A DNA stretch of 63,759 nt, counting the filler, from Candidatus Nanoarchaeia archaeon (GTDB taxonomy: Archaea > Nanobdellota > Nanobdellia > Woesearchaeales > DATDTY01): NCBI GenBank assembly GCA_035290625.1. It is 5 parts of 5 records of this genome, joined end to end, with 100 filler letters (N's around TTAATTAATTAA, not from the genome) between each part and the next. Parts side by side here need not be neighbours in the genome. Positions count along the whole stretch, not along the records: positions 47,612 to 53,067 come from DATDTY010000057.1; positions 53,168 to 61,184 come from DATDTY010000059.1; 3 more parts are not named here. The stretch is one strand, 5' to 3'. Positions 49,432-58,497 of the stretch are shown in pieces; position 1 is the stretch's first letter; every line of letters begins with the position of its first letter. The notes under the pieces are model-generated. The model was not told the origin of the DNA and did not search any database. It saw only the letters and a program-made list of their open reading frames with translations. Both the position numbers and the translations under genes were made by a program.

Positions 49432-52400
49432 AAAAAGGCCTGGTCTGGTCAACATTGATCCATGCTCTGCTAGGCATCGCCCTGATCGCAATCATTGCAG
49501 GAATACTCTTCCCCATCAAAGATTATGTAAATGAGAAATTCTTTGACGAGGAAGGAGCATTCAGCTTTTCCCCAAAGGACAGATTCATTCCCTACGGCTC
49601 ACGGCTTTCCTCTGAGGAAAAGATCGTTGATGATTCTATGAAAGCCCTGCAATGCGCGATAGACAGAACAGCGAGCAGCCAAACCGACTGGAGTATCTGC
49701 CCTTCAGGCTTTACAGAAGTGACGCAAGACCCCTATCAGAACAAGAAATGCTGCCAAGTCACCGAATTCTTCGCAGCTGCGGGATCAGGCGGCGTCTCCT
49801 CCCAGTCTTCCTCTTATCGGTGGGCAACGGATTGCAGCGAACTCGCAACATCAGGCATTGGGCGTACATCAACCTCTGCTGAGGCAGGCAACAGCCTGTG
49901 CAAAAAAGACTGCACTCAGGGAGACATCAGATACGGCTCTGTCTGCGTCTCCTGCTCCTCAGGCCAATGCCAGGTCAAAGGGTTTGAGCTTCCGCAAAAA
50001 ACAACATTTACAGACGAGTGGTTTGCGGGAGTCGGAGATCCAGATTTCATAGTCTATTACGAAAGTTTTCCCTGGGGCATTGAATACGACTGGCAGCCAT
50101 CAGGGTTCAGTTTTGTGAGGGACGTCGTAATCTTAGGCTCAGTTGCAAACACCATAGTCCCTGTAGGCCAGCTCTTTGGAAAAGGAATACGGCAGGTGGT
50201 CAATGCCTATAGGCTCTCCAGAACCCAGAACCTTGAGTTTAAAGAAGCCCTCCGGCAATTTGCAGAGCGCCAAGGCCTCCCAACCATAACAGACGATGTT
50301 CTTGAGGAGTTTGCCAATCTCTACCAGAAGCAAAGCTACAGAAGGCTGATCCAGACGCAGTTTCTTTATGAAAACCTCCTTGGCGCTCTCCCTGCAGCCC
50401 AGGCATCAAGAATCGATGACTTCAGAAGAGCGCTTTTTAATAAAATAATGGATCTTGAAAGAAGAGGACAGCCAATAGACCCTTCAGCAATAGTTAATCA
50501 GCTAAAAGACGAAACTCACCAACGTCGCGCATATGTCAAATGGCAGCAGCGCGGCAGCCCCGAAGACTTTTCACGATCAACGCAGGACTGGGCCCAGGCA
50601 GAACAAGAGCTCAGATCAGAAGGAAATCTTCTTTTCAATGATGACGCTCTTCCAATCCTCAGGCAAAAGACACCAGAAGCCCTGCAGCCTTTTTCCGCAG
50701 CAATAGAGCAGGGCATCATCCGCAAGGCAAAGATCCGAGATTATTTTGAAAGGTTCCTGCTGAAAAAAGAGGGCAGCAGGATAGTCCTCAATCCAAACGA
50801 ATTCCAGAAGCTCTTCAGCAGGAATGCAGGGAGCTATTTTAATACTCTGAACAATGAGCAAAAGCAAACATTCCTCCGGAAATCACTTGAATATATGGAT
50901 GACGTTCTTGCAGACCAGAGAGGAGTCGCAGGCCTCAACTGGCAGTCCATACTTGGCACGAATGACCCTGCCATTATCGCCCAGCTCCAAAACGAATTTA
51001 ATAACCTCATAACCCAGCCGAATATCGCAGCCCTCTTCACAGGCCATGGCCTGGAAACCCTGCAAATCCTTAGGGCAGGAGACAGGCTTGTGCGCTCGAT
51101 CCCCATTATTGGCAGGAGGACTTCCGATGTTGGCCGTATCTTTATCATCCCTGCAGGAGCTGCTCTGGGAGCAGCAGAATTCGTCTGGGATTCCCGGGCA
51201 GCCCGCTACACAGCAGCATTTGCAATCGGCAGCATCCTTGCGCAGCGCGATCTGATGGAAAACAAGTATACGCCCAAAGGCATCAGCACCTTGGCAGTTA
51301 CGCGGCCTTTCGAGGACCAAGAGCGCGCAAGAACCTATACACTGCAGGCCCCGGGCATAGATACCACCTACCTCAATCTTGAGATGGACACAGGAGACAA
51401 TTCCCGCTTTTTCCTTGTAAGCCCCTGCAAAGCAGACATTACTTTAAGAAAGACGCGCGCGAAATGCGCAATACAGGCAGGGGACTACCTTCTTCAGACG
51501 AATCAGCCTATCGAAAATGAGTTCTCAGAAATTGAAGAGGCTCAAGTGACTAATATTAACTGGTTCAGAGGAGACGGAAGAAGCGCCTTCCTCACTCCGG
51601 CAGAACAGCAGGACGCAGTGGATGCGTGCCTCTCCTATCCTATCCGATACCAAAATTGCTTTAACCAGCTCTTCAAGCAGAGCCAGTCTCAACAAGAGCC
51701 GTTTGCTCAGGCAATCTTGGAATCAGTGAAAAAAGCAATACGATTCATGGAGGCCTATAGTGTCTCAAACCTCTTCACACAAGATCGGGACATCAGCGCC
51801 CAAGGACTGCAGCCTATCGGCTCTGATCCCAACTTCAGATATTTCGCCTTTTTTAGGGATGCAGCGCTCCGGGAATCTTCTTTCCAGATTGTTCCAACAG
51901 ACACCTTCCAAAGATACAAAGATGGCTCCTTATCCGGTGAGAACTTCCAGAAAGAAGTGCTGGACCACTTCAAGAGCATCCTCTACCAGGGAGATTTAAG
52001 CTCCATCTCTAACCAACTCCAGGCAATCAGGAGCATGAAGCAGGAGCACGACACCAATGGCGGCTATGAACCCATTTTCATGCAAGGAGGAGTGCTTTGG
52101 AACCTTGCAGCAGACTCTTACTTTAATTACAACACACTCCAAGCACAGCCGCAGACAGTTGTTAAGACCTGCTCCAATTTTGAGCCTGTTACTTACACCT
52201 CTCATGTAATAGAAAACCAAAACTATCAGAGCGGATTTGCCCATATTGATGCAGTCACAATAGCCGCAGACCTTGATCTTTCCTATGGGTCAAACTATTG
52301 TTATCTTGGACCAAGAACCACATCCGCCATCCTCTCCTGGTCCTTTACAGGAGTCGCAGTAGGCATTGACTTTGCAATAGCCACAACTACAAGTCCTGCA

Positions 52401-52487
52401 GGGGCTATAGTAATCGCGCCTATCACTGGGGGAGCTGCGGCTTACCTCACCCATCTGGTTACGCCAGCATGGCCCAACCGCGAATAA
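49419..52487 (+). CDS. Large (1022 aa) protein with pilin-like N-terminus
   Basis: LKKGLVWSTLIHALLGIALI; Cys-rich N-domain, helical core, hydrophobic Gly/Ala-rich segments. Confidence 0.6.
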   Translation: MVYLKKGLVWSTLIHALLGIALIAIIAGILFPIKDYVNEKFFDEEGAFSFSPKDRFIPYGSRLSSEEKIVDDSMKALQCAIDRTASSQTDWSICPSGFTEVTQDPYQNKKCCQVTEFFAAAGSGGVSSQSSSYRWATDCSELATSGIGRTSTSAEAGNSLCKKDCTQGDIRYGSVCVSCSSGQCQVKGFELPQKTTFTDEWFAGVGDPDFIVYYESFPWGIEYDWQPSGFSFVRDVVILGSVANTIVPVGQLFGKGIRQVVNAYRLSRTQNLEFKEALRQFAERQGLPTITDDVLEEFANLYQKQSYRRLIQTQFLYENLLGALPAAQASRIDDFRRALFNKIMDLERRGQPIDPSAIVNQLKDETHQRRAYVKWQQRGSPEDFSRSTQDWAQAEQELRSEGNLLFNDDALPILRQKTPEALQPFSAAIEQGIIRKAKIRDYFERFLLKKEGSRIVLNPNEFQKLFSRNAGSYFNTLNNEQKQTFLRKSLEYMDDVLADQRGVAGLNWQSILGTNDPAIIAQLQNEFNNLITQPNIAALFTGHGLETLQILRAGDRLVRSIPIIGRRTSDVGRIFIIPAGAALGAAEFVWDSRAARYTAAFAIGSILAQRDLMENKYTPKGISTLAVTRPFEDQERARTYTLQAPGIDTTYLNLEMDTGDNSRFFLVSPCKADITLRKTRAKCAIQAGDYLLQTNQPIENEFSEIEEAQVTNINWFRGDGRSAFLTPAEQQDAVDACLSYPIRYQNCFNQLFKQSQSQQEPFAQAILESVKKAIRFMEAYSVSNLFTQDRDISAQGLQPIGSDPNFRYFAFFRDAALRESSFQIVPTDTFQRYKDGSLSGENFQKEVLDHFKSILYQGDLSSISNQLQAIRSMKQEHDTNGGYEPIFMQGGVLWNLAADSYFNYNTLQAQPQTVVKTCSNFEPVTYTSHVIENQNYQSGFAHIDAVTIAADLDLSYGSNYCYLGPRTTSAILSWSFTGVAVGIDFAIATTTSPAGAIVIAPITGGAAAYLTHLVTPAWPNRE

Positions 52488-52524
52488 TAAACTATATTAA
52501 CCCAAACCTCCTAAGCAGTAAACA

Positions 52525-52848
52525 ATGAAAAAAGCAGACCTTTCCCTCAACACAGTTGTCATGGCAATCCTTGCCTTAGTTGTCCTTATAGTCCTTATTC
52601 TCGTCTTTCGCGAGCAGATAGGGTCAGCAGCGCAGCGCTATTTCAACATCGGAGACGATGCAGAAAAAACCGCATTAGGCAAAAAATGCCAGAGTTTCCT
52701 CTCTCGCTCAACAAGGCAGTGCGGAGATGCAAACGCTCCTCCGACTCAAGATTATGAATGGAGGAGCCTTGGCTCCATGGAAGACTGCCAATCTGGGCAG
52801 GTTTGCTGGGAGCGCGGAAGAAGAATAGAAACCTCAACACCCAGCTAA
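52525..52848 (+). CDS. Class III signal-peptide pilin-like protein
   Basis: MKKADLSLNTVVMAILALVVLIVLILVF; Cys-rich C-terminus. Confidence 0.8.
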   Translation: MKKADLSLNTVVMAILALVVLIVLILVFREQIGSAAQRYFNIGDDAEKTALGKKCQSFLSRSTRQCGDANAPPTQDYEWRSLGSMEDCQSGQVCWERGRRIETSTPS

Positions 52849-52851
52849 CCC

Positions 52852-53008
52852 AACTCCGGTGAAAGTCGGAGCTGCCGTCCATTTTCGAGGCTTTTTTTTC
52901 GTCACAATGTGCAGCGACAAGGGGGGCGTCCCTCACGGGGATATGTCGCTTTGAGCTGAGGCATTCGGAGCCGAGACTGGCGACAGCCACGAAGTGAGAC
53001 TTTCACCT
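52852..53008 (+). mobile_element. MITE-like element D carrying a structured, putative dual-guide RNA
   Basis: Eroded TIR core GGTGAAAGTC/GACTTTCACC; flanks GCTAACCCAA/GCTGACCCAA; conserved fold. Confidence 0.72.
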
Positions 53009-53167
53009 GCTGACCCAAAACCTTTAATAACCCTCTTACCGTAAATTCTTCTATGTCAAAGAAAGGGNNNNNNNNNNNNNNNNNNNNNNNNNNNNNNNNN
53101 NNNNNNNNNNNTTAATTAATTAANNNNNNNNNNNNNNNNNNNNNNNNNNNNNNNNNNNNNNNNNNNN

Positions 53168-53601
53168 AGCAGTATACCCATAATATCGATCCTGTCTTTT
53201 AGGCCTTTTTCACTCTCCTGCCTGTCGTATTCGGCTGCCTGCTTTAATATCAGCAATATCTCGGGCTTTACAACATTAAAATTCTCAATTTTTTCCGCAT
53301 ACTTCCTAATGTCCTCTGCAGGGACCGCAAGCCGCGAATAATACGGAACATAGATATCAACATCTATTTCATCAATGGTAATCTCATATTTTCTTAAATT
53401 ATCGTTCTTTTTTAGCTTGTATGCTTTTTTTATCTTTTCCAACTCTCCAAACTCAACTACAATGTCTATATCTTTTGATTTATGCGAATGGCTCCATAGA
53501 TAAGCAGCCCACCCTCCAATGAGGGTAAACTTTATTTTTTTATTAAGCTCTTTTAATACATTCCAGCTTTTTTCTGTTATTAAGGTATTCCAATACTCCA
53601 T
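53168..53601 (-). CDS. AbiEii-like nucleotidyltransferase, truncated by gap
   Basis: LIGGWAAY..SKDIDIVV..VDIY..LK..KDRIDI. Confidence 0.7.
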
Positions 53602-53602
53602 G

Positions 53603-54184
53603 TTAACCGCTCATCCTCTTCTCCAGTGCTTTCAGGAATTCTGCTGCATACCATTCATCCATATTCCAGAGGTCTACAAATATCTGGGCAAGGGTTGAGT
53701 TTTTTCCATACTTGCCCATATTCGAATCCGGCTTCAATACCCGGAGATTTGGAACGTTCCCTTTTCCAGGAAACCTCTTTTTCACTTCTGATACGTCGTC
53801 GGAGTACACATATGCTACTGAGTAATCTGATGGGATCTCTTTAAACATAAACTTATACGCTGTGTATGCTGCATATACGACGCCATCAGGCATATTTTTC
53901 TCTATAGAAGGGATGCTCTCATCAATTCTTGCTTCATAGAGCAAGTCTTTCTTTATATTCCGGATGCATGCCCAATAGTACAGCAGCTTTTTGGGGTTTA
54001 CAACCCTGAAGTTCCTTGGGTTTACCCTTATTGCATTCATCCTTCTGAGGCTTATCAGGCTATGATTGACAAGAGAGAGGGAAACCCCCAGCTTTTCTGC
54101 TATCGCTCTCTGCGTCAAGCTTGTTCTCTTCTGCTCCATGCTTTGGTAGAGGATTTCCCTCCATACTTCTTCTATCCTTTTCAT
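53603..54184 (-). CDS. wHTH protein, AbiEi antitoxin-like
   Basis: LTQRAIAEKLGVSLSLVN HTH; C-terminal LAQIFVDLW. Confidence 0.65.
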   Translation of the reverse strand: MKRIEEVWREILYQSMEQKRTSLTQRAIAEKLGVSLSLVNHSLISLRRMNAIRVNPRNFRVVNPKKLLYYWACIRNIKKDLLYEARIDESIPSIEKNMPDGVVYAAYTAYKFMFKEIPSDYSVAYVYSDDVSEVKKRFPGKGNVPNLRVLKPDSNMGKYGKNSTLAQIFVDLWNMDEWYAAEFLKALEKRMSG

Positions 54185-54313
54185 AGTTCAATGGCATATA
54201 TTTAGACTATTTAAATCTTTCTATGATTATAGAAAATAATATAAATAGATATATACAAGATAGAACATAAACACAAAGAAACGTTTAAAAACAGTAGCTT
54301 ATCTCCTCTTACC

Positions 54314-54838
54314 ATGGCACGGCTGAGAAAGGCAGTTTCCTACAGAAGGATTGAAAGGCCCTATACAAGGGTTTCCAAATACCGGGAGAAAGGCTATATC
54401 AGGGCAAACCCGCACAGGAAGATAGTACGGTATGTGATGGGCGCTGCAAGCAAGAAATTTCCTTATGTCCTTGAGCTGCGCTCCAAGTCAGAACTGCAGA
54501 TACGGGATAATTCAATAGAGGCTGCAAGGCAGAGCTCCAACAGGCTGCTGGAGAAGGTTGTAGGCCCCAGTAACTATATATTGCGGATCCGGGTGTTTCC
54601 GCACCATATCCTGAGGGAAAATCCATTGGCAGCAGGAGCAGGAGCAGACCGATTTTCAACAGGAATGGCGCACAGCTTCGGAAAGCCGATCGGCTCAGCT
54701 GCCCAGATACGGAAAGGCCAGGTCATTGCAGAGATTCACACCGTGAAAGAGCATATCGGGAACTGCCGGACTGCAATGAAAAGGATTACCAACAAGATTC
54801 CTCCAGGCTGCTCAATAGTCGTCAGAGAGAATATATAA
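54314..54838 (+). CDS. rpl10e: 50S ribosomal protein uL16 (L10e)
   Basis: RPYTR, IEAAR, FPHHILREN..GAGADR.STGM..FGKPIG. Confidence 0.95.
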   Translation: MARLRKAVSYRRIERPYTRVSKYREKGYIRANPHRKIVRYVMGAASKKFPYVLELRSKSELQIRDNSIEAARQSSNRLLEKVVGPSNYILRIRVFPHHILRENPLAAGAGADRFSTGMAHSFGKPIGSAAQIRKGQVIAEIHTVKEHIGNCRTAMKRITNKIPPGCSIVVRENI

Positions 54839-54840
54839 CA

Positions 54841-55881
54841 ATGGCTGCATTGACCGAGATTCTTCAGAACCCTTATGTTACTGCTCTTGCCATCTTTCTT
54901 GGATTCTTCATCGGAGCAAAGATTGTCCATTTTGTCATTGAGAGAGTCATTTCCAGGCTTGCTGCAAAGACGACAACAAAGCTTGATGACCTGCTCATCG
55001 ACAGGACGAAAGGACCGATGACCTTGCTGATTCTTCTCTACGGCCTTTTCCTTGGCCTGCAGCCTTTGCCGATTCATGAAAGATATTTTGAGATTATCAT
55101 CAGCGCCCTCCATAGCGCCTTGATCCTGCTGCTGTTCTTTATCAGCATCAGGATCCTTGATGCGCTGATCGATGTATGGGGGCAAAGGATTGCGGCAAGG
55201 ACAAAGAATGTTGTCGATGACGAGCTGTTCAAGATTTTCCACAGGTTTTCCAGGATTTTCATCAGCATCATCGCATTTTTGACAGTGCTGGCCTACTGGG
55301 GCGTTGAGATCGGGCCGCTGCTTACGGGATTGGGCATTGGAGGCATAGCAATTGCCTTTGCGCTGCAGAACTCCTTGGGAAACATCTTTGGAGGGATATC
55401 CCTCATCATTGACAAAAGCGTCAAGGTGGGGGATGTGATAGAGATTGATGAGACGACAAGCGGCAAAATCATTGACGTTGGGTTGAGGAGCACCAAAATC
55501 AGGACCTGGGACAATGAGGTTGTGATTATTCCAAACGGAAAGCTTGCAGATTCAAAGATCAAGAACATGATCCTGCCCGACCCTTCAATCAGGGCCATCG
55601 TGAAATTCGGGGTTGAATACGGGTCTGATCCAGAAAAGGTCAAGAAGGTTGTTTTGGGTGTTGTCAAGAAGATTCCGACTGTGCTTGCAGATCCTGCCCC
55701 TTCAGTTGAGTTTCTCGAGATGGGGGATTTCAGCCTGAACTTCAGGGCTACCATGTGGGTCAAGGATTACAATGAACGGTGGCATACAAAGCTGAAAGCG
55801 ACTGAGGACATCTACCTTGCTTTGAACAGGGCGAAGATTGGAATACCGTTCCCGACAAGGACGATTTACATGAAGAAGTGA
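54841..55881 (+). CDS. mscS: Small-conductance mechanosensitive channel
   Basis: GLGIGGIAIAFALQ..NIFGG, VGLRSTKI, IPN, IGIPFPTR. Confidence 0.9.
   Translation: MAALTEILQNPYVTALAIFLGFFIGAKIVHFVIERVISRLAAKTTTKLDDLLIDRTKGPMTLLILLYGLFLGLQPLPIHERYFEIIISALHSALILLLFFISIRILDALIDVWGQRIAARTKNVVDDELFKIFHRFSRIFISIIAFLTVLAYWGVEIGPLLTGLGIGGIAIAFALQNSLGNIFGGISLIIDKSVKVGDVIEIDETTSGKIIDVGLRSTKIRTWDNEVVIIPNGKLADSKIKNMILPDPSIRAIVKFGVEYGSDPEKVKKVVLGVVKKIPTVLADPAPSVEFLEMGDFSLNFRATMWVKDYNERWHTKLKATEDIYLALNRAKIGIPFPTRTIYMKK
55849..55881 (+). repeat. 33-bp direct repeat (mscS 3' end); second copy at 57530-57562
   Basis: TTCCCGACAAGGACGATTTA(C/T)ATGAAGAAGTGA, one mismatch. Confidence 0.85.
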
Positions 55882-55883
55882 GG

Positions 55884-56588
55884 CTACTCCTCCTTTATCG
55901 CTCGTTCTAATTTATGCATTATCTCTTCTGCGTGTTTGATATTGTTTTTATCAAATTTTTCCAAAGAAAAGACTCCTTTGAATGCGTCAATGAAATTCTT
56001 GTCATCAAGTGTTTTTATGAATTTGGCTATATTTTCCTTAAGCTTATTTGGCTCTCCCCTCTTTGCAAATGTTATCACCCTGCCAGCCTCTACACGATCA
56101 CATAGCGCCACGGCATCTCTGATGTCGGTCAATCTGCATGAATGGATCTTTGTTGCAATCAATAATTCTTTTACGGGGATTTTTGCAGTAATGCTCTGTT
56201 CTATGCCTTTTATTTCTTTTTCAACAGAGTTATTGTTGAACGTGTCGAAGCTCCACGAAGCATTTGTCTGCCTGCATGATACGGAATTTATCAACAGATC
56301 GATGCTTACAGGCAGATCTGCTTTCTTAACAAATACCCTGAATTTTCCGTTATATACATTCTGGAGTTCTGTTGATTTGCTTGTTTTGAACTTGTTTTTC
56401 TCTAAAATCCCGGCAATTCTGCCTAGCTCTTTCTCTTCGATAACAAGGTCAGCGTCAACTGAGAATCTGTGCTTAAATGCGGATACTGCATACCCTCCAA
56501 TAAGGATAAATTCGATCTCCTCCTCCCTTACCCTATCGAGCGTATTGAATATCTCGTTCTCTCTATCTATAAACTCTTTTAGCATCAC
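55884..56588 (-). CDS. AbiEii-like nucleotidyltransferase
   Basis: LIGGYAVSA..RFSVDADLV..IDL..K..R.TDIRD. Confidence 0.7.
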   Translation of the reverse strand: MMLKEFIDRENEIFNTLDRVREEEIEFILIGGYAVSAFKHRFSVDADLVIEEKELGRIAGILEKNKFKTSKSTELQNVYNGKFRVFVKKADLPVSIDLLINSVSCRQTNASWSFDTFNNNSVEKEIKGIEQSITAKIPVKELLIATKIHSCRLTDIRDAVALCDRVEAGRVITFAKRGEPNKLKENIAKFIKTLDDKNFIDAFKGVFSLEKFDKNNIKHAEEIMHKLERAIKEE

Positions 56589-57241
56589 CGAACACCTTTC
56601 TCTGCGTATTTAATCCCCGTATCCAGCTTATACATGCTATCCAGCATCTCCAATGCGGGCTCAAAATTATAGATGTATTTTTTTGCGTATTCTACTGTCC
56701 TATTTAACGGTATGACAGATACTCCATTAACCTCTTCTTTTTCAATCGCTTTTTTTGCTATTAAGATAAAATAGATTCCCTTCTTTCTTTCAATCCTTGC
56801 TGTGCATTTTATTGAAATTCCATCAAAAAAATCGGCCCACTTGCTGATGTCTTCTTTTACGACCTCTATAAATATCGGATAGGCTGTCTTATCCCTTCCA
56901 ATATTATACCCTCCTTTGGTCCAGATGAAAACCGCGTCAGTTTCTGTGTAGGCATACTCCAATCCTGCCAAATTCGGCAAGGAATAGGCATCTGCCAAGC
57001 TTAAAGATTCTTCTAATGCCTTTTTTATGAATCTTGTGAATTCTTTGTAGATGATGTTCTTTTTGTTTATCTTTATCTTCTGGCCTCTCCTCGCTATTAT
57101 CCCTAATCCAACCAACTTTTCCACCCATTGATGGGTCCAGGCATAGGATGCATTGATCCTTTTGGAGATTGCCCTAATGGAATCGTTGTCTTTTGCGGTG
57201 ATGATAATCTTTGCCGTGTAGGGATTTATTGCTTCTATCAT
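56585..57241 (-). CDS. HTH protein, putative cognate antitoxin
   Basis: SIRAISKRINASYAWTHQWV HTH; overlaps the nucleotidyltransferase start. Confidence 0.6.
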   Translation of the reverse strand: MIEAINPYTAKIIITAKDNDSIRAISKRINASYAWTHQWVEKLVGLGIIARRGQKIKINKKNIIYKEFTRFIKKALEESLSLADAYSLPNLAGLEYAYTETDAVFIWTKGGYNIGRDKTAYPIFIEVVKEDISKWADFFDGISIKCTARIERKKGIYFILIAKKAIEKEEVNGVSVIPLNRTVEYAKKYIYNFEPALEMLDSMYKLDTGIKYAEKGVR

Positions 57242-57263
57242 AGTTATCAGTATAGTGATAACT
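57242..57263. promoter_or_regulatory. Palindromic operator candidate at the HTH gene start
   Basis: AGTTATCA-6nt-TGATAACT directly upstream of the ATG, next to an AT-rich TATA-like tract. Confidence 0.55.
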
Positions 57264-57288
57264 TATATATAAAGTTTGCGGTTTTTAT

Positions 57289-57490
57289 GGCTCAGTAGAA
57301 AGTCAGTCGGCATCAGGCTCGCTTGCGCTTGTATTCGCGTATGCTGACACCCCCGAAGGTGCTAAAAAGAGCTACGCTCTTTTGGAACACCAAAACGCCC
57401 GATGGCGTTTTGATTGGGGCAACCCTCCGTCAGCACTGCTTATCTGGGTAAGGAAGCTCGCAGAATTGATGCCGGACTTTCTACTGAGCC
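57289..57490 (-). mobile_element. MITE-like element E carrying a structured, putative dual-guide RNA
   Basis: Same 16-bp TIR as A and B; perfect 9-bp TSD GGTTTTTAT (57280-88 / 57491-99). Confidence 0.82.
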
Positions 57491-57574
57491 GGTTTTTATG
57501 GATTGTTGAGGTCTCAGGAGAAGATACGATTCCCGACAAGGACGATTTATATGAAGAAGTGATTCTTATATCCA

Positions 57575-57961
57575 CTAACGCTTCAAAAACACCGGCGAGA
57601 AGCGTGAGGGGGCTTCGTCTGCTACGATGGCCTGGAGCGTGGCAGCGTAATCGAGGCGGTGGTTGAGAGTGAGGGCAGGGTCGTACTGCTGGAGCACGAA
57701 TAGTGACTCTTCGTCAGGAAGAAGAATGACCCCCTCATCGTTAAACTGTACGTGCACTTCGTTTATGCCCAGCCTGGCCTTTTTTTGAAAACCCTTATCT
57801 GTTTTGGTGACAGTGATGCCGCAAAGCCTGCGCGTTCCTTCCTCGTTTCCGGGATAGCTGGTATCTGTATAGGCATATAGGGTGGTGATTGTTCTTTCGC
57901 GTACCTTCACTTGGAGTTCTTTGCCGCGGCAGATGCTGACCTCAGACCCGTCCTTTTCCAT
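57575..57961 (-). CDS. Hypothetical protein
   Basis: 128-aa ATG ORF. Confidence 0.45.
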   Translation of the reverse strand: MEKDGSEVSICRGKELQVKVRERTITTLYAYTDTSYPGNEEGTRRLCGITVTKTDKGFQKKARLGINEVHVQFNDEGVILLPDEESLFVLQQYDPALTLNHRLDYAATLQAIVADEAPSRFSPVFLKR

Positions 57962-58171
57962 GCTTGTATTTGGATAAAGAGTTGAAAATAACTTTGCTAT
58001 GCTGACGTTTTCGATAAGATCAGGGTAAGCACTGTCTTTTTGAACATGTTGGAGAGTAGCTATATTCGCAGTATCGAGCCTGTGCCTTAAAGTAGAGGGA
58101 ACATCGGCGAGAGCATTGGGTAAAGGAGGGCGTTGCTGATAAAACTCAAAGGCTAAGGTTTTAGGAACATA

Positions 58172-58402
58172 TTATACATCATTATTTTGCTGGTCTTCCA
58201 TCCACAGGACAGGCTTGCCCAGCACCTCTCCCTTGAGCACAGCGTAGAAATCCATGAGGCTGACAGCCTTCTGAAACTCTTCAAATGCGGTATCTCGGGT
58301 TATGGCTTTCGCGAGTTTTGTGTTGTGCTTTGTCTCAGGAAAGACTTTTCCAATCTGCGCAACATTGCTGAGCACGAGCAATTGCTCCAAGTCGTCCGCC
58401 AT
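58172..58402 (-). CDS. Hypothetical protein
   Basis: 76-aa ATG ORF preceded by a TTTATA-like box. Confidence 0.45.
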   Translation of the reverse strand: MADDLEQLLVLSNVAQIGKVFPETKHNTKLAKAITRDTAFEEFQKAVSLMDFYAVLKGEVLGKPVLWMEDQQNNDV

Positions 58403-58497
58403 AATAGGAAAGAAGTTGCCTGTTTCTTTATAAATCTTTCTTAGTTAACCACTGTAGAGTAGGACAATATGATGCTGATTGGATAAAACATGGCGCC

